Source of the DNA: a virus
Taxonomy: Duplodnaviria > Caudoviricetes
IMG/VR virus record: IMGVR_UViG_3300020045_000377
Span: 1-24,085 of that record
Length of the DNA: 24,085 nt
Strand: one strand, 5' to 3'
Made by a program: the position numbers and the translations under genes. Of this stretch, positions 8,537 through 17,800 are shown piece by piece. The notes below the pieces were generated by a model. It had not been told where the DNA came from. It saw nothing but the letters and a program-made list of their open reading frames with translations, and did not search any database. Every line of letters begins with the position of its first letter. Position 1 is the first letter of the stretch.

Positions 8537-9490
8537 GTGGCTCAAAATCGCGCTAATAGTACCGCTTTCATTGAAGCGGAACAATACTCGGCATTCATCT
8601 TGCGTAATCTGCATGATGGTATGCTCCCTGGTGTTATGTATCGTAACGTTACCGACTTCGGTTCTGGTAGCACCCTTCACATCAAAACTGTTGGTTCTGT
8701 AACCATTCAGGATGGTGCTGAAGAAGTACCGTTCGCATACTCTCCTATCGAATCTGGTGAAGTGACTCTGACTATTACTGACTATGTTGGTGATGCTTGG
8801 TATGTTACTGACGAGCTTCGTGAAGATGGTGCTCAAGTGGAAGCTCTGATGTCTGCTCGCTCTAGTGAGTCTACTCGTGCTATCCAAGAAGTGTTTGAAA
8901 CTCGTTTCTTGAAGAAGTGTAACACCTCTCAAGTTAATGCTAATGCAAACTTGGTTAATGGTTTTGCTCACCGTATCGCTTCTGCTGTTGCTACCGTTGG
9001 TAGTGAGAACACAGCAACGACTGCTCACTTCATCCAAATGAAGCTTGCTTTTGACAAGGCTAATGTCCCTATGGCTGGTCGTGTTGCTATCGTTGATCCT
9101 GTGGTTGGTGCTACGATGGACGGTTTGGTTTCTATCAGTCGTGATGTCACTCCGTTTGGTCAGAAGATTCTTGAGAACGGTTTTGATCGTGATCACACCT
9201 TCTTGATGAACCTGTATGGCTGGAACATCTTGACCTCTAACCGTCTTGACAAGGGTACTTTCTCTGATGGTACGACCTCTGTTACTGGTGCTGTTGCTAA
9301 CGTGTTTATGAGCGTTGCTGATGACAACAACAAGCCTGTGATGGCCGCATGGCGTCGTATGCCTAAGGTTGAAGGTGAACGTAATAAAGACCTTCGTCGT
9401 GATGAATTTGTGACTTCTGCTCGTTGGGGCTTTGGTACGCAACGTGTTGACACCCTTGGTGTTCTCATCACTTCTGCAACCAAAATCTAA
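8537..9490 (+). CDS. Major capsid protein
   Basis: 317 aa after the scaffold, RBS TAAGGA, GTG start, strong high-expression codon bias. FIEAEQYSAFILRNL...FGSGSTLHIKTVG N-terminus and RWGFGTQR C-terminus of T7/VpV262-type capsids. Confidence 0.9.
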   Translation: MAQNRANSTAFIEAEQYSAFILRNLHDGMLPGVMYRNVTDFGSGSTLHIKTVGSVTIQDGAEEVPFAYSPIESGEVTLTITDYVGDAWYVTDELREDGAQVEALMSARSSESTRAIQEVFETRFLKKCNTSQVNANANLVNGFAHRIASAVATVGSENTATTAHFIQMKLAFDKANVPMAGRVAIVDPVVGATMDGLVSISRDVTPFGQKILENGFDRDHTFLMNLYGWNILTSNRLDKGTFSDGTTSVTGAVANVFMSVADDNNKPVMAAWRRMPKVEGERNKDLRRDEFVTSARWGFGTQRVDTLGVLITSATKI

Positions 9491-9504
9491 TTAAGGAATT
9501 ATAA

Positions 9505-9975
9505 ATGGCTTACGAAAATGGTACGGGCCTTGGTGTGTATAATCAGTATGGCGCTCGTTCTACTGGTGGTGCATACGGCAAGGAAACAGGCGATGGCAGC
9601 ACTTTCCGTGTTGTCGTTGACTTGACTGGTGAAATGTTGAACAGCGGGTTTGTTCCTCCTGTTTATGTTCCTAAGGGTGCATTGCTTCAATCTGCAATGT
9701 TGGATGTAGATGAAGTGTTTGTTGTCTCGGCAGCTGGCACTGTGGCAATTGGTGGCACTGTCCCCGGCACTAATGGTGTTGTGTTGACTGAAGCCAAGCT
9801 GGAAGCAGTTGGTACTTCGTTGGTTAGCTCTCTTGCTATTGGTACTTGGGCTACGGCTTCTTCCACTGGTACTACGGCTTCTGAGAAGATTACTAAAGCA
9901 ATCACTGGTACTGTAGCAGCTACCTCTGGTAAAGCTACGCTGGTGATGGACTTCTTCACCAAGACTAAGGCTTAA
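9505..9975 (+). CDS. Minor capsid / head decoration protein (putative)
   Basis: 156 aa, G/T/A/V-rich beta protein with RBS TAAGGA, located between the MCP and the terminator, with similar codon bias. Confidence 0.65.
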   Translation: MAYENGTGLGVYNQYGARSTGGAYGKETGDGSTFRVVVDLTGEMLNSGFVPPVYVPKGALLQSAMLDVDEVFVVSAAGTVAIGGTVPGTNGVVLTEAKLEAVGTSLVSSLAIGTWATASSTGTTASEKITKAITGTVAATSGKATLVMDFFTKTKA

Positions 9976-9985
9976 TAAATAATAG

Positions 9986-10023
9986 AAGGGGACTTGCTTT
10001 TAGCTTGTCCCCTTTTCTTTTTT
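9986..10023 (+). terminator. Rho-independent terminator after the capsid genes
   Basis: AAGGGGAC (9986-9993) pairs with GTCCCCTT (10007-10014), inner GCT-TTT-AGC, followed by a T-run; position analogous to T7 T-phi. Confidence 0.85.
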
Positions 10024-10038
10024 GTACAAAGGATAACC

Positions 10039-10662
10039 ATGGCAATTCAACATGTTGACATTCCAGATGCAGAAATCCATGAACCAAAAGGCATTGTTAG
10101 CGCAGTAAACCGCTCTCTTTATGTAGCTGATGGTATTGGGTCAGGAGATTGGAGAAAGCTTACAGAGGCTGATGTAGACTATTCTGTATACACTGATAAT
10201 AAATTTGGTTGGCACCATCGTAAAGATACTCAGTATGTATCAGGAGCACCTCTTGCAATTGCTTCAGGAGTAAAGACAGCACTTCCTAACAACGGTCTTC
10301 ACCCTCTTACTGATATTACTCGTCCATTAGGAATTGTTTACACAGGTACGTACTTCACACCTAACTCTCTTTATTCTTCCTACGTTCTACGTATTAATGC
10401 TAAGATTACAGCGGCAGCTGGAGCCGGAACTCCTTACGTAGTTAAAGTGTCTCTTGAAGGAGGTGCAGTTCCTCTTGCGTTTGATACACAAGATATGTTC
10501 CTTAAAGGTGGAGGATATATAAACGATATGTGTCTTACATTTATGTTTTACACAGGGGCATTAAATACCAATCAACCTATTAGGATTCAGTTTACACCTG
10601 ACACCAACGTTACAGTGTATGACATTGGATATATGATTCAGCGAACATATTACGAGGGTTGA
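10039..10662 (+). CDS. Virion structural protein (putative head/tail fibre-like)
   Basis: Likely start is the ATG at 10039 (RBS AAGGA), giving MAIQHVDIPDAEIHEPKG; the ORF-track start at 9994 lies inside the terminator. Beta-rich C-terminal domain. Confidence 0.7.
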   Translation: MAIQHVDIPDAEIHEPKGIVSAVNRSLYVADGIGSGDWRKLTEADVDYSVYTDNKFGWHHRKDTQYVSGAPLAIASGVKTALPNNGLHPLTDITRPLGIVYTGTYFTPNSLYSSYVLRINAKITAAAGAGTPYVVKVSLEGGAVPLAFDTQDMFLKGGGYINDMCLTFMFYTGALNTNQPIRIQFTPDTNVTVYDIGYMIQRTYYEG

Positions 10663-10663
10663 G

Positions 10664-11413
10664 ATGAAGAAAACCCTATTTGAAATCGTAGACTACATCC
10701 TTAACGAAATGGATGCAGATCAAGTAAACAGTATTACTGATACTATAGAATCTGCTCAAGTAGCTCAGATTGTTCGTTCTTGTTACGAAGAGATGATGAG
10801 TAATCGTAATTGGCCCCATCTTCGCAAACTGATTCAACTTGATTCTCTCAGTGATGTAGACAAGCCTAATTATTTAAAAGCCCCTGACCTACTTAAAGAG
10901 ATGGTGTTCTTTAAGTATGATGTACAAGAACTTGGTGACATTCTTCCTTTGTTTGAAGATATTAAATTTAAATATCCAGATGAGTTCTTGAACATTGTTT
11001 CTAGGCGTACAGGTGATAATGTACAACAGGTAGTAGATTTTAGTGGATCAACTCTTTTGATTTATAATGATCATGCTCCTCAGTACTGGACATCTTTTGA
11101 TGACAAGCATATTGTCACAGACAGTTACGACAACGAAGTAGATGATACACTGAAGAAATCTAAAACACAAGCTCTTGCCTTCATGTTCCCTTCGTGGAGT
11201 CACTTAGACGACTTTGTTCCTGATCTTCCAGCAGAAGCTTTTTCAGCTCTTATTGAAGAAGCTAAGAGCACAGCATTTTTGACGCTTAAGCAAATGGCTA
11301 ATCAAAAAGCTGAACAGAAAGCAGGAAGGCAGAATCGTTGGCTCTCTCGTAAAGCTTGGGAACTGAATGGTGGTGTAAGGTATCAAGATTATGGTCGCAA
11401 GGGGCGTAAATGA
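10664..11413 (+). CDS. Tail adaptor / tail tubular protein A (T7 gp11-like)
   Basis: N-terminus TLFEIVDYILNEMDADQVNSITDTIESAQVAQIV...NWP is typical of adaptors; consistent synteny. Confidence 0.8.
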   Translation: MKKTLFEIVDYILNEMDADQVNSITDTIESAQVAQIVRSCYEEMMSNRNWPHLRKLIQLDSLSDVDKPNYLKAPDLLKEMVFFKYDVQELGDILPLFEDIKFKYPDEFLNIVSRRTGDNVQQVVDFSGSTLLIYNDHAPQYWTSFDDKHIVTDSYDNEVDDTLKKSKTQALAFMFPSWSHLDDFVPDLPAEAFSALIEEAKSTAFLTLKQMANQKAEQKAGRQNRWLSRKAWELNGGVRYQDYGRKGRK

Positions 11414-11625
11414 GATTTGAACACAAAGGTTATTACGTGACCCCTCATCCTCTTTGTCCTAGCTGTTATGTTATTTCTACAGAAGGACGTGGTGGTAAGA
11501 TTCCTAAAGTGATGGAAGGGTTGTTTAATACTCGAACTATTGCTAATAATGTAATTGATTTGTATGTAGATATTCCCAAAGAGGAACCTGTAAATGACAA
11601 AAAAACCCTCAAGAGGGGAGTTTAA
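11410..11625 (+). CDS. Hypothetical protein
   Basis: 71 aa, ATGA overlap with the upstream gene; GRGGKIPKVMEGLFNT motif. Confidence 0.7.
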   Translation: MRFEHKGYYVTPHPLCPSCYVISTEGRGGKIPKVMEGLFNTRTIANNVIDLYVDIPKEEPVNDKKTLKRGV

Positions 11626-13855
11626 TAGCTTCGTAAAAGGTCTTGTTACTGAAGCAAGCGTACTTAATTTCCCTGAACAAGCTGCAAGTGACATTAATAA
11701 TTTTCAACTGAATAGGGATGGCTCTCTTAATAGGCGTCCTGGGTTTGGTTTTGAAAATGAATTTGAGTACATTACAACAGGTTTGACACAAGATCAACTT
11801 GATAATGGATTCCTTTCATCTTATGTATGGGAAGACCCAGCTGGTCAATCTGGTGAAAAGTATCTTGTAATCCAAGCACGTGATGTAATTAAGTTCTATA
11901 ACTTGAATAGTGGTGTTGTCTCTTTAGATGGATTCCTCGGGAGTGTCTCTTTTACAGCTGGGAACAAGAAGCTAAACAAAAGCTCATATGCTTCTGTTGA
12001 TGGAAAACTAGTAATTGCTACAGGTGATTATGTTGTCTATCTCGTAGAATATGATATGGTAACTCTCTCTTTTTCCATCTCTTCCTTTTCACTAAAGACA
12101 AGAGATATTTGGGGTGTATCTGATCCAGAAACAGATAACGATCCTTTACTTCGCCCTCTTGCATATAGTATAAATCACATATATAATTTATACAATCAAG
12201 GATGGAATGTAGAACGTAAAGTTACAGGAGGAACGTTTAAAGATGCTTCTGACTTTGTATTTACATCTGGTTTATCTAAATATCCCTCTGACTCTGATAC
12301 AGTATGGTCAGGTATTATTACAATACCTAACGGATCAACTCCTGAAGAGGTCTTTACATTAGATGCATTTAGAGAGAATACGGGAACTACTTCCTCTACT
12401 TCTCGTGGGTCTTTTATTATTGATCTCTTGAAAAGAGGCGAGACCAGACAATTAGCAGTTGAAGCTAATTATAGTAAATATTCTTCCATGCTCTTGACAA
12501 CTTTTGCAGCTCCGATTGATTATACCTCTAAAGGTTCTTCTGTTGTAAGTGAGTATGCTGGACGTATTTGTTATGCAGGGTTTGGTCCTACATCTCAGGG
12601 AGATGCTAGAAGTCCTGATCTATCTTCTTATGTTGCATTCAGTAGATTGATTCGTAATAAAGATGACTTTGGTAAATGCTACCAAGAAGGTGATCCTACA
12701 TCTAGAGATGCTAGTGATATTGTTGATACTGATGGTGGTTTAATTCGTATTGCAGGATGCTCTACTATTCGTAAGCTAATTCCACAAGGAGCGAACTTAA
12801 TTGTATTTGCTGACAATGGTGTATGGGCAGTGCAAGGGGGTTCTGATTATGGATTCACTGCTACGAATTACAAAGTAGATAAGATTTCTGATTTTGGTAT
12901 TGTTAGTGCAGACTCAGCTATCACAGATGGATCAAAAGCATATTACTGGGCAGCAGATGGAATTTATGCTATTGGTAAAAGTGAAGTTGGTGATCTAGGA
13001 CACCAAAACATTTCAGATGTATCTATTGGAACGTATTATAGAGAAATACCTAGTTTAGATAAAGGTGTTACTAAAGGAGTGTATGATAAAGTTTCTAAAA
13101 ACTTACGTTGGATTTATCCAGAAACAAGTTCAACTAAAGAATTAGTTTTTAGTCTTGATTTAGGTGCTTACTATGTAAATACAATAGAGAACCTAAACAA
13201 TACATCTATTGCTTTTATTTTCAACAGCTCACCTTTTAATGCTGAAGATGTAGATGATCAAGTGTTAGTTGGAACAGATCAAGTATATTCAGAAACAGAT
13301 CAAGTCTTTATTAACGTACAAGAAGTCTCTAATAGCTTACAGACAGTCAAATATCTTGCAACTGTAACAGAAGCGGGAGAAGTTAAACTTGCCATAGGTT
13401 GGTATAAAGATTCTTCTTTTAAAGACTGGAAAGATCTAAATGGAACAGGTGTAGATGCTAAAGCATATCTCACAACAGGCTCAATTACAGCAGGTGATTC
13501 TTCTATTCATAAGCAAACACCTTTGTTGGTTATGCACATGGAAAGAACAGAAGACGAAGTAGGTGTAGATTATAATCTAATGAATCAATCTGGATGCCTT
13601 GTTCGCACAAGTTGGGATTTTGCTTCAAGCTCTGTTTCGGGTAAGATTAGTCCTTTGTTCCAAGCCTATCGTTATCGTAGACACATTGTACCTTCTGGTG
13701 TAGGTGCATTTGATAATGGATATTCTGTTGTCACTACTCGTAGTAAACTACGGGGACGAGGAAGGGCTCTTTCTATCTATATGGAATCTGAACCTTCTAA
13801 AGATTGTAAAATCATTGGATGGAACTTAAGTATAAATGGAAACACAATCTCGTAA
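11594..13855 (+). CDS. Tail nozzle / tail tubular protein B (T7 gp12-like)
   Basis: 753 aa; FVKGLVTEAS...NFQLNRDGSLNRRPG N-terminus, beta-propeller-like repeats, C-terminal KLRGRGRALSIYMES; follows the adaptor. Confidence 0.85.
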   Translation: MTKKPSRGEFNSFVKGLVTEASVLNFPEQAASDINNFQLNRDGSLNRRPGFGFENEFEYITTGLTQDQLDNGFLSSYVWEDPAGQSGEKYLVIQARDVIKFYNLNSGVVSLDGFLGSVSFTAGNKKLNKSSYASVDGKLVIATGDYVVYLVEYDMVTLSFSISSFSLKTRDIWGVSDPETDNDPLLRPLAYSINHIYNLYNQGWNVERKVTGGTFKDASDFVFTSGLSKYPSDSDTVWSGIITIPNGSTPEEVFTLDAFRENTGTTSSTSRGSFIIDLLKRGETRQLAVEANYSKYSSMLLTTFAAPIDYTSKGSSVVSEYAGRICYAGFGPTSQGDARSPDLSSYVAFSRLIRNKDDFGKCYQEGDPTSRDASDIVDTDGGLIRIAGCSTIRKLIPQGANLIVFADNGVWAVQGGSDYGFTATNYKVDKISDFGIVSADSAITDGSKAYYWAADGIYAIGKSEVGDLGHQNISDVSIGTYYREIPSLDKGVTKGVYDKVSKNLRWIYPETSSTKELVFSLDLGAYYVNTIENLNNTSIAFIFNSSPFNAEDVDDQVLVGTDQVYSETDQVFINVQEVSNSLQTVKYLATVTEAGEVKLAIGWYKDSSFKDWKDLNGTGVDAKAYLTTGSITAGDSSIHKQTPLLVMHMERTEDEVGVDYNLMNQSGCLVRTSWDFASSSVSGKISPLFQAYRYRRHIVPSGVGAFDNGYSVVTTRSKLRGRGRALSIYMESEPSKDCKIIGWNLSINGNTIS

Positions 13856-14297
13856 ATACGAAGTTAAATTAGTTGATAATACTAGTCTACAGTGGTTTGT
13901 AGAAATAGCCGCTGTAAACATGTTAACAAATGAACTCTGTAGACCTGAGCTTATTTGTATTCCTAATCTCTATTCCCTAGCTAAGAGGGGCATGGAAAGT
14001 GAAACAGCTTTTGTTGTATTCTTGAATGAAAAACCTGTTGGGGCGATAGGTGCGTTGTTAGTACCAAACATGTTCAATCCAGAAATAACAACCCTTGCTG
14101 AAATATTTTGGTATATCCTCCCTGAAGCAAGAAGCACAAGGGCAGGATATCTTCTCTTGAAGAGGTTAGAAGAGAGGGCTAAAGAGGTTTCTAATGAACT
14201 TACTCTCTCTTTACTCGCTGCTGGTGATGTTAACATTGATACACTAGAGAAACGAGGTTTTAGTTTTGAAGAATTAGGTTTTAGAAAGAAATTATAA
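13836..14297 (+). CDS. GNAT-fold acetyltransferase-like protein (T7 gp13 position)
   Basis: EIFWYILPEARSTRAGYLLLKRLEE resembles GNAT motif A, and LEKRGF resembles motif B. Confidence 0.75.
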   Translation: METQSRKYEVKLVDNTSLQWFVEIAAVNMLTNELCRPELICIPNLYSLAKRGMESETAFVVFLNEKPVGAIGALLVPNMFNPEITTLAEIFWYILPEARSTRAGYLLLKRLEERAKEVSNELTLSLLAAGDVNIDTLEKRGFSFEELGFRKKL

Positions 14298-14782
14298 TGG
14301 CGGCAATCTCAACAATTATTGCAGCAGTTGCTCTTACAGCTACTGTCTATTCTGCACAAGAGCAAAAGAAACAAGCAAGTAAGCAGAATGAAGCTCAAAC
14401 TAAAATACGTAATGAAGACATTGCTAGTAATAAAGCTAAACAAATGGCTGAACGTAGGCAACAGATTCGTGAAGAACGTATTAAACGAGCACGTGTATTA
14501 GCTACATCTGAAGCATCAGGTACTGTAGGCAGTTCTGGTGAAGCAGGAGCACTTGGTAGTATGAATACACAGCTTGGAGTGAATGTTGGTGCAAACCAAA
14601 GCATGATTCAATCTGGTCAACGGGTAAGTGTATTTTCTCAAGATGCTGCTAATGCTCAGTTGGCTGGCCAACAAGCTGCAATGTTTGGTCAACTAGTTAA
14701 TGCAGCAGCACCTGTAGCTGGGAGTATTTTTAGTACAAGCCCTAGTACAACTGGAAGTGTATTTGACGCAAGAGCAAAATAG
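14297..14782 (+). CDS. Internal virion / ejection protein (gp14-like)
   Basis: Hydrophobic Ala-rich N-terminus, Q/A-rich coiled coil, Gly/Ser-rich middle; first of three ejection-module genes. Confidence 0.7.
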   Translation: MAAISTIIAAVALTATVYSAQEQKKQASKQNEAQTKIRNEDIASNKAKQMAERRQQIREERIKRARVLATSEASGTVGSSGEAGALGSMNTQLGVNVGANQSMIQSGQRVSVFSQDAANAQLAGQQAAMFGQLVNAAAPVAGSIFSTSPSTTGSVFDARAK

Positions 14783-14802
14783 AAACGTCTACAAAGATAA
14801 AT

Positions 14803-17800
14803 ATGAATGAACTGGAAAACCTGATGGGTGCTGAAACAGCTCCTTTGGATTTGAGTGAGTTGGTTAGTAAACCTGACTATTCCCTTCAACTTCCTTTGGC
14901 TGCTGTTCGCAATAGAGCATCAACCCTCTCTCTTTTCTCTAACGACTCAACAGAGGCTGTGGATAAATTTCAACTGATGATGTCAGAAGGTATGAGTGGA
15001 TCGTTTGACTATACCAATCATCAGGAAAGCCAACTCAGTGAGAAGATTAGTGCTGAAGATAGAGCAACCTATCTAAAAATGTTAGGTGACCCTTCTGTAG
15101 GATTTGAACAGAAGCAACAAATTATTCAAGCAATGAAACTAGGACCTGTTAAAACAGACCCTACTTCTGGACTTGCTAACGAGCTTCTTGTTCAACCTAG
15201 TAAAGGAGAGTCTCCTGAGAACGAAAATGCTCGTGTAAGTATGGCTGATGCTATTGGTGAGATTTATAAAGCTAATCAAACTATTCAAGGGCTTGTTAAT
15301 TCTCACGCTGCTAGTTTAGATAGCTCTACTCCCGGAGCTGTTCTGGATATGGCAGAACTTTGGGTTGCTCCTTTTGGTAACAGCATGGCTGTGTCAACCC
15401 TATCCGGTGAATTGGAACAGAACGCTTCTCTGTGGAAACGAGTGAAGAGCTTCTTTCTCCCTGGAACTGAAATTGCAAATGTACGTAAAGGGTTAGAAAA
15501 TCTTCCTCCACAGGAACGTGTAGCGTTTGCTCAATCAATCATTAACACTATCTCTGGTAACCCTGACTTCGTATTTGCTGGTAAGAATCAGTTTGCAGAA
15601 TACGAAAAGGCTGTACAGATTTTTAGTGAAGGTGGTTATTCTAGTACAGAAGAGTTTATTGACAACACTTCTGTGTTGCTTGATGTTATTGGGCTTGGGG
15701 CTTCTGTACGAGGCTTCACAAAGGGCTCTAAAGGGGCTGTAGCAGCTTCTAAGACATCTACTGGTACTAGTGTACCTCCTGCTGGAAAAACAGCTCCTAC
15801 GACCTCTGAAGGGGTTGTAGCTGAAGCTGCTCAAGAAGTTGTTTCCCCTATAGATTTTAAATACACTATTCGTGAGAAGACAGCAGAAGAGGTTGTCTCT
15901 GACGTAAGCGGATATAATGCAAAATCTGTAAGTAAGCTTGAAGCTGAACGAGCAACTCTTATGGAAGACCTCGGCAAAGCACTTGAACCCGGAGATGTTC
16001 GTAATCTAGAAACTGAACGTAAGGCTATTAAACTTCGTCGTATTACAGATACTAACGCTCTCGCTAAAGACATTCAAAGTTCTCTTAAAATCACTTCTAA
16101 AGAAGCTAAAAAGAGGGCTGTTAAGCAAGCCGAAGAAGCTAATGCTGATGTAGAAGCCTCTCTCCAACGTATTGACAATCAATTGGAAGGTAATAAGCTT
16201 GCAGCTAAAGCCAATCAGAAGATTGCAGACATTGATAAGGATTTGGAAGTTCTTCGTAAACAGATAACTGTTCCTAGTCGTCTTACTCCTATTGCAGATA
16301 TTATAAAACGTCTAGAGGTGAATGGGGTTGTTCGTATTGAACACCCTGTATCTCCTCACGCTACAGCTAAACAAGTTAATCCTGAGAAAGCAAGGGAGTT
16401 GTTTGAAACTATTGTCAAATCAGATTCAGACGAAATTTCTCAAGCTCTAACAGGTGTTAAGCGTGAACAAGCTATTGTTAACGATGTCTACCCACAAGCT
16501 GTTACGGAAACTGGGCGTGTTGTAGCACAGCCTACAGACATTCAGCGTAACCTTCGTATCAAGGACATGATTCCAGAGAAGATTAAAGACTACATCTGGT
16601 CTACTGGTCGTGTTGATATTACTGATGCTGAACGAGTAGCTGCTAGGGCACACGTTGTACGTAAGTTTGAAGATGCTGAAGGTATTACGCTTGAGCCATC
16701 TATGAGCAGCTTTACTGAGGATGGTGGACGTATTAAGATTGGAGCAATGTATGGATTGCCTGAAGGAGCGTTTGCTAATGGCGTAGATGCTATTAATCAA
16801 GCTAAAGCAGCTCTTCGTCATATGAATCTTACGGATAACGAGCTTGTCTTGATGAAACGAGAAGGACGAGACTACGTACCTGTTAGTATTGAAGAAGGGA
16901 ATACTCCCGGAAGTTATTACGTTAAAGTAGAGACTTCTCACGAAATTGATCCTACTGACATTACTAACTTTGATAAGTTTGGTGTACGGTTTAACTTCTT
17001 TGATAGAATTTCACAGTCAATTAGTGGTACAGCAGGTAGCTTACAGAGGCACATCATGGATGCTGCTTCAATGCTTGATAAGCGTTTGACAGGAGCTGCT
17101 TCAACAGCTACAGATAGGGGTTCTAAACTCGAACAGTATTTGCTTGAAGAAGCGAGTAAGTACTCTGATAAGTATAGTCGTCTTGATAACGTCGAGAAGG
17201 GTGCTGTAGACAAGTATATCCTTGAAGCTAATAAGAACGAATGGGCTCTTGATGTTGTAGACCTAGCAGCTCGTGGGTTTAATAACAAACAGATTGATGC
17301 TCTTGTTTCTTGGAGAGAATTCTGGGATGGTCATTACTATCTAGAGAATCTTGATTTGGTACGTACATTACGTGTACAGAAATATCAAAAACTAGATACC
17401 CCTAACGCTTCTGTCTTTGCTCGTCCTGTAGCTAAGAACATGAGTAACAACTTTGTTTATGATCCTGAGACAGATATGGTGTTGTCCTTGACGAAACAAG
17501 GGATGGATGATCTATATGACAACGGAGGTACTGTAGCTAAGCTTCGTCGTCCTTCAGAGTTTAATGGAGAAACTGTAGAATACATTGCTGTCAAGAATAA
17601 TGCTAATTCCTACTTGAAAGAGATTAGAGACCATGACATGGCTCTGAACTATCGAGAAGGTTATTACAATATTCAATACTCAGCTCCACGGTTCGTAGAT
17701 GAAATTAGTGTTGATAAGAGTGGTAAAGAGATTCGTAGAGCTATTGCTGTAGCAGGGGATACTCCTGAAGCACAGCGATTTGCTTCTCGTATGTCTACTA

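Noticed and set aside
8498-9442. 314-aa antisense ORF opposite the major capsid gene
   Set aside because: Best explained as a shadow ORF of strong codon bias in the MCP. It has no protein-like motifs, and all supported genes are on the + strand.
9470-9510. Programmed frameshift or readthrough fusing MCP to the downstream protein (T7 10A/10B style)
   Set aside because: No canonical slippery heptamer near the MCP stop, and the downstream gene has its own strong RBS.
9994-10038. N-terminal extension of the 222-aa ORF
   Set aside because: It overlaps the terminator stem and U-tract; the ATG at 10039 has a proper RBS.
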